Shown: in pieces, positions 11,901 through 21,548 of the stretch
How the letters are laid out: every line of letters begins with the position of its first letter
How positions within the stretch are numbered: position 1 is the stretch's first letter
IMG/VR virus record: IMGVR_UViG_3300010970_000163
Source of the DNA: an uncultured virus (IMG/VR IMGVR_UViG_3300010970_000163)
Taxonomy: Duplodnaviria > Heunggongvirae > Uroviricota > Caudoviricetes
Direction: 5' to 3' (one strand)
DNA length: 64,000 nucleotides
The notes under the pieces: generated by a model
The model's database searches: none
Told to the model about the DNA's origin: nothing
Seen by the model: the letters and a program-made list of their open reading frames with translations, nothing else
Position numbers and translations under genes: made by a program

Positions 11901-14900
11901 GGTGCCGGTTTAGACAATGCGTTGAATGCTCTTTCTGACTTTATTAATAATGAAGTTGGTTTCTACAAATCTCAAGATAAGACTCTTAAGAAAGACTTGG
12001 CTGATAAGGCTAAGGCTAACGTGATGGATCAGTTGGCATCTAAGATAGCAGGCGATGCTAAGTCTTACATGGAGGTTGAGAACATGAGTAAGGCAGATGC
12101 TATTGAGAAAGCTTTGGGAGACGCTACATCCGCAGGTATGGAGTTCTCTACAGTAGATCAATTGCGTGAATCAGTTAAAAACTCTCTCGATAAAATCAAG
12201 TCTAAAGATGCCGCTGAGGCTAGAAAGAATGAGCCTGTGGTTACCACTACTGATAAGCAGATCATGAAGGATAAGCTTAAGGCTATGGACGCTGCTCTAA
12301 AAGAGGCAGTAGCTAAAGCAAAGCAAGATAAGAAGGATGAGAAAGAGATGCGTCAATTAGTTCGTAATTGGGTGAAGGAATATTTAAAAACCTCAGGTAT
12401 CTCGGCTAAGATTTCTCCTACTCAACTGAAGGCTATCGTTTCAAGGGCAAACGGACTTGTTGCTGACATGACGGACACGAAGATGAAGGCTCTAGTAGAT
12501 TACGTTGAGAAGGTGGTTGCTGATCAGGAGTACGCTCAAATGATTAACGATCTTGAAAAGAACAAGAAGGGAGCGAGTAAGAAAAGACACAACCAGTACA
12601 CGGAAGCGGTGAGAAGATATCTATCTCTTCCCCTCGTGAACTCAGATGGCACCCCTCTTATGAATGATCAGGAGTTAAAGGCGTATGCTGAATCTGTTGC
12701 TCGTTTAAATCAAAGCGTTCCTGACCATAGTCGTATGGACATGGTTCTTGCTACTCGTGTGTTAAACGATTACAATGACATTCCTTCTAAGTTAGAGAAG
12801 TCTGATTTTGATGATGCTGTTACTGATATTAAGAACTCTACTATTAGTGATTTAACTGAGTACAATGAATTTGTAAAGAAGGTTAATAAGGCGAAGAGAA
12901 TACTCGACTCTCTCTACAACAACGGTAAAGTTACAGAGGATGAGTACAACGATGCTTTAAATGAATTGTATACCAAGGAGAACGGTCTAAGAGTTTATGA
13001 GGCAGATCATAACGATCAAATTGACTTACTTAAATATGATTTGATTAAGGATATTTTAGATATATCTGACTATGTAGACAAGTCAGGTTTTATCGGTCAG
13101 CAAGCAGAAGTTTACAAGAGATTAGAGGTGATGTTAAAGACAACACCAAGTATGATTAGAAGTCTCGATGTTAAAGATCTCGTTAAGTTGACAGAGGTGA
13201 TGGATCGTATGGCTGATGGTTTTGTAGCTGAGAAAGAATTGCGTGAGATCGTAAACAAAGCTGAGACGAGAGGTCAGAAGAAAGGGGAGAGCATTGTTAA
13301 TCAATTAGCTTCTATCTACAAGTCTTTAAACACTCCTGACTTGACTAAGTTGAGAAACTTACTTAAACTAACGGAGCCTGCTCAAATAGAACGTGTCCTT
13401 GGACTTGCCTCAGGACCTATATACAATAATATTATTCAACCAATCAACTCGGCATTTACTAAAATGCGTAAGAACACAGAGAGATTGATGGATGACTATT
13501 ACAAGGCTCGTCAAGAGAATAAATTTAAGGGGGATGTTGTTGTTAAGAGATCTGAGTATGATAAAGGAATCGGATCTAAGTTAAGCGGTAATATTACAGT
13601 TAAGGCTGATAAGTATTACAGTACTCGTGTTGCCATGTTGTCTAGCATCTTCGACTACGCTAGCAAGGCTATGGATCAGAAGGCAGATACAAAAGACTTC
13701 TGGGGCGAGAACTTAGAGAAGGCTGATGTTAAAAAGGCTTACCACAACGATGGTTCTCTCCACATTGTTAATGACATTTATTCTAAATTAAATAACGATC
13801 CTCGCTTCCAAACGAATGGCAAATTAGATTACACTAAGATCTACGAAGCATTTGTTCAGGATCCTAAATCTGTAATGACAGAGTCTGAATATAAGTTATA
13901 CGAGGCTACTCAAAAAATAAATAAAACAGAAATTGGAGAGGCTTTAGTAAGTGCCAATGCTATCCGTGGTATCAATGGAGAGATCAGTGCCGTACACTAC
14001 CCAAGAAAGTCTCTCGGAAAATCTTCTGCGGAAGATGCTGACTTAGTTGCAGGAACTGGAGGAAAGGTTGGAGGTCTTCGTGCAGGATCTTCATACGCTC
14101 GTGTGCTTGAGACTCCTAAAGATGCTATCGATTTAAATCTTGACAGAGTAATGGCAACTCAGATCTATGAAGCCTCTCGTGATTTATATTTAAACGATGC
14201 CATTCAACAGACAAATGAGGTATTCAGAAACGCTAAGGAGAATGCTAACCCTGACGAGAAGGCTATATTACAAGCTATTCAAGACTGGAATAGAAAGCGT
14301 GTAGACTTTGAATTAGAAAAATCTGCTAAGAATGTTGTTACTCGTTTATTTGCAGGTTTTGCTCCTTACGCTTTAATAGGTAAGGTAAGAACTCCTACCG
14401 AGTTTACAACCAACCTATTGGCAGGTATATTCAACCAAATTAGTAATGTTGCTAAGATAGGACCTAGAGCTTTAGTAAGTCCTATTAATCCTCTTCAAAC
14501 ACAGGAGGCTAAGAAGATAATGGAGAAATTTGATAGCCCCGTTCAGTTTATGAGTTGGAGTATGAAGACATATGCAACATACGGCAAGGGGAAGGTGGAT
14601 AAAAATTACCTATCTTCTTTCTACAACAATGCTGTTAATGTGTTAATGAATATCTCCGGTCCTCTAACAGTTGGAGAATGGAAGGCAGACTTTGACGCTA
14701 AATTCCAAGAGTTAACAGGAGAGAGGTACAACGAAGCCAAACACTTTGATAATGATGAATATTTCTACGCTATGCAGAAAGCATCATCATATGCAAACCA
14801 ACAAATTGAAAGAATTAAAGGTGGCGCATTCAAAGGTCAAGGAAAACAATTCGTTGCCACTAATCCTATAACAGATATCAAGAAGATATTCCCTGGTGTA

Positions 14901-16382
14901 AAGATTAAGGATGAAGAGGGTATGGTAAGTGCCAATGACACCTTTGCTCAAATGACCAATATGTTCAACAACTTTGTTGGGCGTGATGTTAAAAACTTTG
15001 TTTCTGGAGGAAAGCAAGCGGCTACACTTAAAGATGTTACAGGTGGATTTAAAGATATGTTAGGTTCCACTTACCGATTAGGATCGTACTACGTAATATA
15101 CAATCTTATTGACGCTGTAATGAAATCTGCTCTTGGAGATGACGAAGAAAAGAAAATGGGTGATAAGAAGGTAGAGATGTTTACTACTCCTGAAGGGCAA
15201 TGGGAAACTGCATTTAATACGGTATTAAACCTAGCTACAACAGTGGCTACTTCTAAATACGGGGCTAATGGACGTGCTATTGCTGTAGCTGCTTTAAATA
15301 CTTTATATAATTCTACAGATAATCCAGATCAAAAAGAAAGAGCTGCTGCCGCTTTAAAGTCTATGTACTTCCAAGATCCTATTGATACTGAGAAATTTGG
15401 AGCTGCCGAGAAAATTATTTATACTACGGCAACGATGTACATTCCTCCTGCTGATGTCATTGCTGATCAATTACAGAGAGAGTTTGAAAGATTAGCAGGA
15501 AGCGATAAATATAAGGGAGCTACTATTACAGATTTCTTTGATCAGGCAGGTAAGTTTGTTAATGATCCTGAAGTTGTAGAATTTAATAAATTCCTAGCCG
15601 GTTCATTAACATTAGCTACTCAGCTTGCTGTTTTGTCAGGTAAACCTATTCCGTTCTTAAAGGATATAGTGAAACTTGTTAAGAAAGATGTTCAAGACAA
15701 GCAGAACATAATTATCTTAAATAAGAATGGAGAGAACATGGTTGAAGGGGTACTTGATTTTGACATTGATGGAAATGGATTGGTTTCTGTAACTGTTGAT
15801 ATTCCTGGAATGCCTGCTGATCAGAAGAAAATTATTAATGAATCTCTCTCCAATGTGGCTAGTGATAAATTTAACAAACTGATTGAGAAAAACAAGGAGC
15901 GTATAGATAAAATGCCTGAGGGTAATATTGAACAAGAGGCTGAAAAGTTTGCGCAAATTCAGTATTACGCAGATTTAGCTAAACATCAGGCTAAAGTAGA
16001 AGCTAAACTTGCTAAACCAGAAGATGCTCCGAAAGAACCTACTTTATCAAGTGACTATTTTGAAAACAAAGAGGCGAAAGAGAAGATGGTAAAACAATAC
16101 CAAGAGGCAAGAGCTAAACGTAAATTCTCCTCTGCATCTAAACTGTCAACAACAAGAGATATTCAAGAGGGTATACAACAATTGATCGATAATAGTGAGT
16201 ATAAAGATGTTTACAACTCTCTTAATCCTAATAAAGTTGAGAATATTGGAGCGATAAAAGCGATGAATGCCTACTTCAACGATCTCTACCAATACAATGT
16301 AACACCTGTAATGGGGAAAGAACCAAAGGCAAAGGATTATTTTTATAAAGATTCTAACGGAAAAATAACTCCTGTTGAATAA
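5940..16382 (+). CDS. Giant (3480 aa) polyvalent internal virion/ejection protein with a GNAT-like domain
   Basis: Mostly helical. GNAT-like segment at about 9720-10220 (GDIKAVYKNP...AIKAGGTKLDNFDIYLTKLYLENGFRIVSRLPFNEEFAPDGW). Last gene of the ejection cassette. Confidence 0.65.
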   Translation: MASTKDLYNDLKGNPLIKINDDYETFNLKLQDANYLKKLESALASIGDDINAYDIPKKKKDGEVESSQPTEQPSATTEPTETAGVNVDPETGRELGADEAFIKQGYEDRGSHWFNKTTGQIIYKKKKEVNQKPEMPVTDLQAPPEAPEMPETPELVAPEKPIEEQVLETQAAQTPNTDVNNLDKTTVVGSVISEQEPDANKANKIVTDANAVAGTALKKKKRGTDANKAIITYSPSSASDIVYVSDGDKVVSMDKRSDKYSDIIATNPYTVQLKNSEAFKDLIQLQKEGNKQGYQNYLETAGNPAAQEIADRAFGGFTSEPIMETTIISGNNQDRPTRISNNPLNKLKLDNLFGAAENLWNNIINKNVDRPWQTEQEYDAEDFITNVDPSLSEEEKQAQQQFDASMSEETMVPKGPRQLSFPSYVHTKEDNEIVTEQEQKQEEKKRRATIEFITTNPETGELELGDVNDLTELERYNFYKNGSKVFLQKWEEEKAKEVRSTMENAQALATGKPVKMYKSDFLSNPANQAIHNKIKDSKFAPKEGGSELEISLAEISNKQADADYKNLHQNGYNNAYSTEIRTPYDIQSELDNIDKILDAQPKMSYEEKMKLYKQKESLNQALLNVYEQNIKDYATYLRNTGHEKAAADMLSTYDYYKRKTGGFQTMPVKELSDADKRAIMNIRSQAVNTTMRYLQTKYQTLSNNVDINAYQKLSKKPLEQVAKEFEFLKSIGALDENGNINPSAKIKQSDQVKFSDAILKINLAKDQIASAAEATGATPENINELTRLGQKLGNLQNTETSFYQKNAMEDLKEEDENDKRNQKIAEDRMKSEDFFTSFFYTALYGGTNLFIPGLSTLIKIGKVPDILADALGDETQLFDQWSAYIDEMIKDMNAYQPKDMTGLSGTQKFWLNTTAGISNLGAYAVSGLVGGPALTTLIMLSDQTDEAKANGLDDDEAAAWGLFTSMILGRINQLVPDSKSFYDALKPSTKIILKAWAKGNLTRPEAMGMLSKAILPSLEKHLKRTLGETGEEMLEEIVNQLGGMAGNYVWDNASFNKDFDPNSIIEAGESAASLTTVLGVFQKGGKRSAVEQNVLLSFSQNKNYILRNVSSNSQEELNVLDKQLTELEAMEVGLQSMPGYTDLSNGEKAEVLSELYRAEAIELGAKNRGLGKKDPGFIEAERIREEVLNSLKAPKKGEIPTQPELQKPKTNAVQEPSTTEVLPSQQGEVRETGRKRQGVEPSVQGEEVAQEGGKKKVNSTEESQAYVDKLTEVKKNDPETYWSVSIPEVEDVENGTIITNEDGQAVVGEDGDIKAVYKNPDSEARRVSDTLLKEAIKAGGTKLDNFDIYLTKLYLENGFRIVSRLPFNEEFAPDGWNKKKHGTPDVVAMIYDPEGKLDIEEKQFTNEQYDEAIAYRDTYVDAQKQAYPKTTETDTEAKAQEERKSTADKIRGLKSEGGRAYSAALGIPIAIWDGAVELIATSIEAGESFVNAINKAKEYLKQQLGDDYNEDVAEEFMDEVINQSPVQLNNTDKVKGTPVKVNPDGHNLSFVKEEDLIDIDALIKDIEAKGETVWFWVADQLGRGYYMDSKTGEKHYLDAGPSYALDPKNREKNVIWASGVEATTLNKNIAAADYIFVISGSADKSKLFNKAVFQIFQDKIGDYDTFKKEVLASKTTQAIKDVLEAHDSWETLIEDASVDNPKTGKVGTGRKKFLIELVEAYNKPNTNLHKTLKERNALINVDELRDGFYADNNFDQNDIMLVLKPEKLGDKSEHSTYENDLIGEVVGVPNKKINAYDILPDNLRKETNKQRTTQSQSIAPYGSGIRNISASQNIARGLREAADLIRKGKRGGLAMNPIDPFLEVVAKALEAGASLTEAIAKGIEAFKNSDFYKNLTAQEKSKAVNDLKKAMDEQIAPTIANLINEEMLKGKGVYTASQNVKKEMIKEGVIDEVTFDRIVGKAEKIVKAQAEQMIVDATDKAVEDIRSGAGLDNALNALSDFINNEVGFYKSQDKTLKKDLADKAKANVMDQLASKIAGDAKSYMEVENMSKADAIEKALGDATSAGMEFSTVDQLRESVKNSLDKIKSKDAAEARKNEPVVTTTDKQIMKDKLKAMDAALKEAVAKAKQDKKDEKEMRQLVRNWVKEYLKTSGISAKISPTQLKAIVSRANGLVADMTDTKMKALVDYVEKVVADQEYAQMINDLEKNKKGASKKRHNQYTEAVRRYLSLPLVNSDGTPLMNDQELKAYAESVARLNQSVPDHSRMDMVLATRVLNDYNDIPSKLEKSDFDDAVTDIKNSTISDLTEYNEFVKKVNKAKRILDSLYNNGKVTEDEYNDALNELYTKENGLRVYEADHNDQIDLLKYDLIKDILDISDYVDKSGFIGQQAEVYKRLEVMLKTTPSMIRSLDVKDLVKLTEVMDRMADGFVAEKELREIVNKAETRGQKKGESIVNQLASIYKSLNTPDLTKLRNLLKLTEPAQIERVLGLASGPIYNNIIQPINSAFTKMRKNTERLMDDYYKARQENKFKGDVVVKRSEYDKGIGSKLSGNITVKADKYYSTRVAMLSSIFDYASKAMDQKADTKDFWGENLEKADVKKAYHNDGSLHIVNDIYSKLNNDPRFQTNGKLDYTKIYEAFVQDPKSVMTESEYKLYEATQKINKTEIGEALVSANAIRGINGEISAVHYPRKSLGKSSAEDADLVAGTGGKVGGLRAGSSYARVLETPKDAIDLNLDRVMATQIYEASRDLYLNDAIQQTNEVFRNAKENANPDEKAILQAIQDWNRKRVDFELEKSAKNVVTRLFAGFAPYALIGKVRTPTEFTTNLLAGIFNQISNVAKIGPRALVSPINPLQTQEAKKIMEKFDSPVQFMSWSMKTYATYGKGKVDKNYLSSFYNNAVNVLMNISGPLTVGEWKADFDAKFQELTGERYNEAKHFDNDEYFYAMQKASSYANQQIERIKGGAFKGQGKQFVATNPITDIKKIFPGVKIKDEEGMVSANDTFAQMTNMFNNFVGRDVKNFVSGGKQAATLKDVTGGFKDMLGSTYRLGSYYVIYNLIDAVMKSALGDDEEKKMGDKKVEMFTTPEGQWETAFNTVLNLATTVATSKYGANGRAIAVAALNTLYNSTDNPDQKERAAAALKSMYFQDPIDTEKFGAAEKIIYTTATMYIPPADVIADQLQREFERLAGSDKYKGATITDFFDQAGKFVNDPEVVEFNKFLAGSLTLATQLAVLSGKPIPFLKDIVKLVKKDVQDKQNIIILNKNGENMVEGVLDFDIDGNGLVSVTVDIPGMPADQKKIINESLSNVASDKFNKLIEKNKERIDKMPEGNIEQEAEKFAQIQYYADLAKHQAKVEAKLAKPEDAPKEPTLSSDYFENKEAKEKMVKQYQEARAKRKFSSASKLSTTRDIQEGIQQLIDNSEYKDVYNSLNPNKVENIGAIKAMNAYFNDLYQYNVTPVMGKEPKAKDYFYKDSNGKITPVE

Positions 16383-16397
16383 AAAAAGTGTAAATTT

Positions 16398-16904
16398 GTG
16401 ACTATGAAAAAACCAGTAAAATTATCTTCAGAGATTGTAAACTTACTCCTCCCTCGTTTGAAGGATGAGTTTACAGCTGCTTACTTTTATCGTTCTGCAT
16501 CTAACTGGTGTAATAATGTAGGATTTTTCAAGGCAGGTACTTTCTTTGCCAAGGAATCTGAGGACGAGTTTGGTCACGCTAAGGAGATTGAAAACTTCTT
16601 AGTTAATTGGAATGTAACTCCAGAGTTGCCGACAATTGCAAAGCCTACTTTAACTTTCTCTAATCTATCTGATGTAATCTCTCAAGCCTATGAAATGGAG
16701 TATGCTCTATACGAAGCGTATGAAGAGACGAGTGTGAAGATTTTTAAGACAGAGGATCTCTGCGTGTTTGACTTCCTTCAAGGATACAGAACTAAACAGA
16801 CTAAAGCTGTTGCTGAATATAGCGATATGATTAATATCCTAGAAGGCATCAACTTGGGAAGCAAGTTTGAAATGTTAATGTTAGAAGAAAACTTATTTGG
16901 ATAA
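16398..16904 (+). CDS. Ferritin (FtnA-like)
   Basis: Four-helix ferritin pattern: DEFTAAYFY...W...G...FF.KES.DEFGHA, plus EMEYALYEAY. Probable start is the ATG at 16404, after a TAAATTTG box at 16391-16398. Confidence 0.8.
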   Translation: MTMKKPVKLSSEIVNLLLPRLKDEFTAAYFYRSASNWCNNVGFFKAGTFFAKESEDEFGHAKEIENFLVNWNVTPELPTIAKPTLTFSNLSDVISQAYEMEYALYEAYEETSVKIFKTEDLCVFDFLQGYRTKQTKAVAEYSDMINILEGINLGSKFEMLMLEENLFG

Positions 16905-17395
16905 TGACAGTCTTAAGTAAATACGCTACTTTAGAGGAGTGCAGTAAGTCAGTTACAGCCTCTCGTCTCGGCATCGACAATAACCCTCCAGTAGAGGTTA
17001 GAGATAACCTAAGAGAAGTGTGTACGAAAATATTTGATCCATGCCGTGAGTTTATTGGTGGTCCTCTAGGGATTGCCTCAGGTTATAGAAGTCCTAAATT
17101 AAACAAGGCTGTGGGCGGTTCAAAGACATCTCAGCACATGAAGGGTGAGGCTCTTGATATTGATTGCGATGTGTTCAATCATAGCAACAATAAGGAGTTG
17201 TTTCTGTTTATAAAGGACAACCTTAATTTCGATCAAATAATAGCTGAGTTTAAGAATGGATCAAACCCGGAGTGGGTTCATGTATCTTACTCTCGTCTTC
17301 ACAATAGAAAACAAGTATTAATCGCCACGAAAAAAAGTGGCAAGACAGTTTATCTACCATATTCAGATAAGTTGTTTAAAGAAATATACGGTTAA
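16904..17395 (+). CDS. Endolysin, peptidase M15 family
   Basis: SGYRS..LN.AVGGSKTSQHMKGEALD and WVHVSY zinc-peptidase motifs. Confidence 0.9.
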   Translation: MTVLSKYATLEECSKSVTASRLGIDNNPPVEVRDNLREVCTKIFDPCREFIGGPLGIASGYRSPKLNKAVGGSKTSQHMKGEALDIDCDVFNHSNNKELFLFIKDNLNFDQIIAEFKNGSNPEWVHVSYSRLHNRKQVLIATKKSGKTVYLPYSDKLFKEIYG

Positions 17396-17397
17396 TT

Positions 17398-17649
17398 ATG
17401 AACTTTGAACAGGAAATCACATTGATACACGAAGAACTTCAAGATATGAATAAGAAGATTGACCGTATTTATAACGTGTTGATCGGAGACGAGCAGATGA
17501 AGATTGAGGGCCTTGTAGATAAGGTGGCTCAACATGATCGTTTCATACAAAGACAAAAGATTAGTCAAGCTCGTATAGCTGGTATAGCTACAGGCATGGG
17601 AATTTTAGGTGGTGTTCTTGTGGAAATGATCATGAAAATGTTCGTATGA
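17398..17649 (+). CDS. Putative holin/antiholin (coiled coil plus C-terminal TM)
   Basis: Single C-terminal hydrophobic helix; adjacent to the endolysin. Confidence 0.5.
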   Translation: MNFEQEITLIHEELQDMNKKIDRIYNVLIGDEQMKIEGLVDKVAQHDRFIQRQKISQARIAGIATGMGILGGVLVEMIMKMFV

Positions 17650-17891
17650 AATGGTTAAAATCTCTGCTAAGTTCTGAGGGAGATGCAAGTTCTAAAAGGG
17701 TTAGTGCCATACTATCTCTACTTGTTTGTATATCAATGGCATATATCGCTACTTTTACAGAATATAAATGCCCGGAGTATATGTTTGAGGGCTTATTAGT
17801 TATTGCAGGAGGAGGTTTGGGACTTACAGTTATTGAGAGTATCTTTACACGATATAAGAAGAAGGATGACACACCGTCCGAAGAACAATAA
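17646..17891 (+). CDS. Putative holin (two TM helices)
   Basis: SSKRV motif, two hydrophobic segments and a charged C-terminal tail; lies in the lysis cassette. Confidence 0.6.
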   Translation: MKWLKSLLSSEGDASSKRVSAILSLLVCISMAYIATFTEYKCPEYMFEGLLVIAGGGLGLTVIESIFTRYKKKDDTPSEEQ

Positions 17892-17905
17892 AAAACAAAG
17901 CACAC

Positions 17906-18769
17906 ATGAGTTTTAAAATACCTTTCTCTCTCTCCTCAGAGGAGAAGGCTCTGATGGATCTCTACACGATCTTAAATAGCCAATTAAACAGCCCTACATC
18001 TTCCTGGTCCCTAGTTAAAGAGGAGACATTAACTCCCAAGAGTGCTAGGGTAAGTGGTTTTATCCGTGTTGTAGAGAATGGAGTTGAGAGATCCTCAGAC
18101 TCATTTACAGCCATATGTGATGACGGAAGGCCACGGGAGGTGATTACAGCCATAGCTACGATAAAGTTGCTTGTAATGTGCTGTACGGCACTAGGTATAC
18201 CTGTAGAATTTCAATTTGAAAAGAATAAAAAACCAACAGAATATCATGAAGTTAAGTCATGGAAGACGGTGGCTGAAGATCATGCCTTGGATCCTATTAT
18301 GGTTGCTAAGTGCGACACTATTAAGTCTCTTCGTAGGTATTGTAAGCCCCTTAATTTCCCTATCGGCCAGGCTCTGGAAGAAGTTCAGAAGAAGTTTGAG
18401 TCGGAGAGGGTAACAACTAAGCAGTTCTTTGAGTTCCTCTACGGAGAATCAAATTACAATAAGATCAAGTCAAGCTTTAAAAAAAGAAAGGCCACTCGAA
18501 TTGATGTACAAAATAACGTACAAGAAGAGAGTGATAGTAGAAGAGAGGAGGTAATCCCCCCGGTATATGTGCCGGAACCTATTGTGTCAACCTCTCGCTC
18601 TCACACAGATGCTAAGTACGTGATTGGCAAAATGATAAGCCACGGTGTAAATAGTTCAACCTTCGGAAAAATTAGTCAGACTATGGCTGATAAATACGGT
18701 AATTTTCAGTACTTTTGTATTAACGCATCTGAAGATGAGATTGCGTCAGTACTAATGCTTGTAAGTTAA
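17906..18769 (+). CDS. Hypothetical protein
   Basis: 287-aa ORF with an ACACAC-ATG leader, coupled to the tail fibre gene. Confidence 0.6.
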   Translation: MSFKIPFSLSSEEKALMDLYTILNSQLNSPTSSWSLVKEETLTPKSARVSGFIRVVENGVERSSDSFTAICDDGRPREVITAIATIKLLVMCCTALGIPVEFQFEKNKKPTEYHEVKSWKTVAEDHALDPIMVAKCDTIKSLRRYCKPLNFPIGQALEEVQKKFESERVTTKQFFEFLYGESNYNKIKSSFKKRKATRIDVQNNVQEESDSRREEVIPPVYVPEPIVSTSRSHTDAKYVIGKMISHGVNSSTFGKISQTMADKYGNFQYFCINASEDEIASVLMLVS

Positions 18770-21543
18770 TGTCAAATAAGAACGTAACTAGGATTGAAAG
18801 GCTGTCCTCAGGGATGGTTAAACTGTATAATCGCTCCAATGTCATTGGGGCTTTTAGTGCATTGAACTCCATCTCTATTGGGTATGAGAATAACAATGCT
18901 AGAACGATACAGTTTACAGATAATGGCAATACGATTTCTTTTCAACTATTTAATTTGCAGGAGATTATCGGCAGCACGACAAGTGTTACATACACTCCAA
19001 TAGATACAACGAGTACAGGACCTAACTATAACGATAGGGTTTTTGAAGTATTTGATTTTTTATCCTCCGAGGTATTCCAAGGATTCTCTCCTGGACCTAC
19101 ATATGTGGGAGGTGTTGTTGCGGCTTATCCAAACTTCGCCTCTTTTCCGGTAACAGGTACTCAATCAGTAATATATATAGACGAGGCAGATAATAGTGCG
19201 TACTACTGGGACGGAACTTCCTACCAACTTTTGGTATCAACAGGAGTAGAGCAATATGCAACATTTGCATTATTCCCAGTAACCGGATCGGCTAATGTCA
19301 TCTATATTGACATGAGTACGTTTGAGCCATACGTTTGGGATGGTGCAGCTTACGTTTCTTTAACCGATACGGCAACAGTTGCTTGGGGTTCTATTACAGG
19401 AACTCTCGCTGCACAGACCGATTTGCAAGCCGCCCTAGACGCAAAGTTTGACGATCCAACAGGAACAACTTCTCAGTACATAAGAGGTGATGGTTCTTTA
19501 GCAACCTTCCCTGCATTAACTGGTTATGTTCCATACACAGGAGCAACGACTAATGTAGACCTAGGAGAGTTTGAGCTTAAAGCAGGGCAGTTAGAATTGG
19601 ACCAAACTCCAACAGGAACAGCAGGTGTTGCTGTAATGCGTTGGAATGATACTGATGGTACTGCTGACCTTGGATTAAAGGGAGGTAATGTAACCCTTCA
19701 GGTAGGTCAGGAGATGCTCATAAGAGCTGTAAATAAGAGTGGTGGAGATTTACTTGAGGCTAACTATCAGGCGGTTCGTTTGAGGCTTGTTAGCGAGGGT
19801 GGGGCAGCAGGCCAACGTCTAGCCGTTAAACTTGCATTAGCCGACAGCGATATAAATTCAGCTACTACAATAGGTCTTGTAACTGAAACGATAAATAATA
19901 ATCAGGAGGGATTCATAACCACTATTGGTAATGTTAGGGAGATTAATACAACAGGATCTCTTCAAGGAGAAACGTGGGTAGATGGTGATATCCTCTACCT
20001 CTCTCCAACAGTAGCCGGTCAGTTAACAAATATAAAGCCTGTAGCTCCCGACCATCTTGTAGTGGTTGGATATGTAGAATATGCTCACGCTATTCATGGA
20101 AAAATATATGTTAAGTGTGATAATGGGTACGAGCTTGATGAACTTCATAATGTTTACATCAATGCTCCTACAACATGGCAAGTATTAAGATACGATGCCA
20201 CGGCAGGTTATTGGACTAATAGTTCTTTGACGGCTTCCATAATTCCTAGCGGAATCGACGCCGCTAAAATCGGAGCAGGAACAGTTGACAACACGGAGTT
20301 TGGCTATCTAGACGGAGTAACTTCCTCAATTCAAACTCAGATAGATGGCAAGGTCCCAACAACGCGAACGCTGACCATTAACGGCACAACACAAGACTTA
20401 AGCGCAGATAGAACATTCACGATAGCGACAGGCTTAACGGTAGGCACTACACCAATAACAAGCGGAACGGTAGGTCGTGTGTTGTTTGAAGGGACGGGCA
20501 ATGTATTGCAAGAATCAGCTAACTTCTTTTGGGACAATACGAATAGTAGGTTGGGTATTGGAACTGCAACGCCTTCAGCAATTATTCATTCAGTAGGTAG
20601 CGTAACTGCTGCAACTGCAATAGCGAGAGGAAATTACTTACAACCTACACTTATTGCTTCAGCGAATAGTGATGTGTTAGTAGGATTAGAAATTAATCCA
20701 ACTTTTACAAATGGTGCTTTTACAGGGGTTAAAAATAATTGGATTAATTTAGTAGGTAACGCCTCTGTCAATTTTACTAATCAACTATACTTAAAAAGGG
20801 GAGACATTGATGTTTTATTTGCATCATCGGTAGAAACACAACTGAAAACAGTTTCATCTTCATCGCCATTAAAATTCTTTGTTGGAAGCACTTCACAACA
20901 CGCACAATTCTTTGCTACTACAGGCAACCTTCTCCTCCAAAACGGAGGAACTTTTACAGACGCAGGTTACAAGTTAGATGTGAATGGAACGGCGAGGGTG
21001 ACGGGTGTATTAACTGCTCAAGATAATATACGACTTTGGAATAGCAGTGCAGGAACAGCAGTAAAAACAATATCTGCATATTGGACATCAGGAATCCCTT
21101 ATGGATTAAGAATAATGGATTTAGAAAGCAGTGTGTCAAATGTGGGTAATGGTTATGGAATAAGATTAGGTAATGGTTTTTCTGTTAATCATACATCAAA
21201 TCAGTATGATCAAGTACAGATAAATAATAATTTCAACCCTATAAGTGGAAATGGTTCGTTATCGTTGTTGGTTGTTAATCCTACCATCAACCAAACAGGT
21301 GGCGCGAACGGAATAACAAGATGTTTACATATAAATCCAACAGTAACAGCAGCAGCAGATTTTAGAGCAATTGAAGTATCAAGTGGTATAACAATTCTTG
21401 GTGCATCTACAACGGCTAAAGCATCGTTAAGAATACCAAGCGGAACAGCACCTACCTCACCTGTTAACGGAGACATTTGGTTTGATGGGACTAACATAAA
21501 AATGCAAATAGGCGGAGTAACAAAAACATTCACTTTAATATAA
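18769..21543 (+). CDS. Tail fibre/receptor-binding protein
   Basis: Thr/Gly-rich. Has tandem FPVTG..VIYID..Y.WDG..Y repeats, RLGIGTATPS and KLDVNGTAR fibre motifs, and a C-terminal APTSPVNGDIWFDG. Confidence 0.8.
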   Translation: MSNKNVTRIERLSSGMVKLYNRSNVIGAFSALNSISIGYENNNARTIQFTDNGNTISFQLFNLQEIIGSTTSVTYTPIDTTSTGPNYNDRVFEVFDFLSSEVFQGFSPGPTYVGGVVAAYPNFASFPVTGTQSVIYIDEADNSAYYWDGTSYQLLVSTGVEQYATFALFPVTGSANVIYIDMSTFEPYVWDGAAYVSLTDTATVAWGSITGTLAAQTDLQAALDAKFDDPTGTTSQYIRGDGSLATFPALTGYVPYTGATTNVDLGEFELKAGQLELDQTPTGTAGVAVMRWNDTDGTADLGLKGGNVTLQVGQEMLIRAVNKSGGDLLEANYQAVRLRLVSEGGAAGQRLAVKLALADSDINSATTIGLVTETINNNQEGFITTIGNVREINTTGSLQGETWVDGDILYLSPTVAGQLTNIKPVAPDHLVVVGYVEYAHAIHGKIYVKCDNGYELDELHNVYINAPTTWQVLRYDATAGYWTNSSLTASIIPSGIDAAKIGAGTVDNTEFGYLDGVTSSIQTQIDGKVPTTRTLTINGTTQDLSADRTFTIATGLTVGTTPITSGTVGRVLFEGTGNVLQESANFFWDNTNSRLGIGTATPSAIIHSVGSVTAATAIARGNYLQPTLIASANSDVLVGLEINPTFTNGAFTGVKNNWINLVGNASVNFTNQLYLKRGDIDVLFASSVETQLKTVSSSSPLKFFVGSTSQHAQFFATTGNLLLQNGGTFTDAGYKLDVNGTARVTGVLTAQDNIRLWNSSAGTAVKTISAYWTSGIPYGLRIMDLESSVSNVGNGYGIRLGNGFSVNHTSNQYDQVQINNNFNPISGNGSLSLLVVNPTINQTGGANGITRCLHINPTVTAAADFRAIEVSSGITILGASTTAKASLRIPSGTAPTSPVNGDIWFDGTNIKMQIGGVTKTFTLI

Positions 21544-21548
21544 TTACA

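Noticed and set aside
15756..15770. DFDID in the giant protein, identical to the crAss-like virion RNA polymerase catalytic motif
   Set aside because: It lies only about 200 aa from the C-terminus in the context VLDFDIDGNG, with no recognisable double-psi beta-barrel sequence around it. Likely chance; a structure prediction would settle it.
5301..15956. Many short minus-strand ORFs antisense to virion genes
   Set aside because: Shadow ORFs of long coding genes with no independent support.
18769..21543. Possible DGR target in the tail fibre
   Set aside because: I saw no reverse transcriptase and no adenine-variant TR/VR pair.
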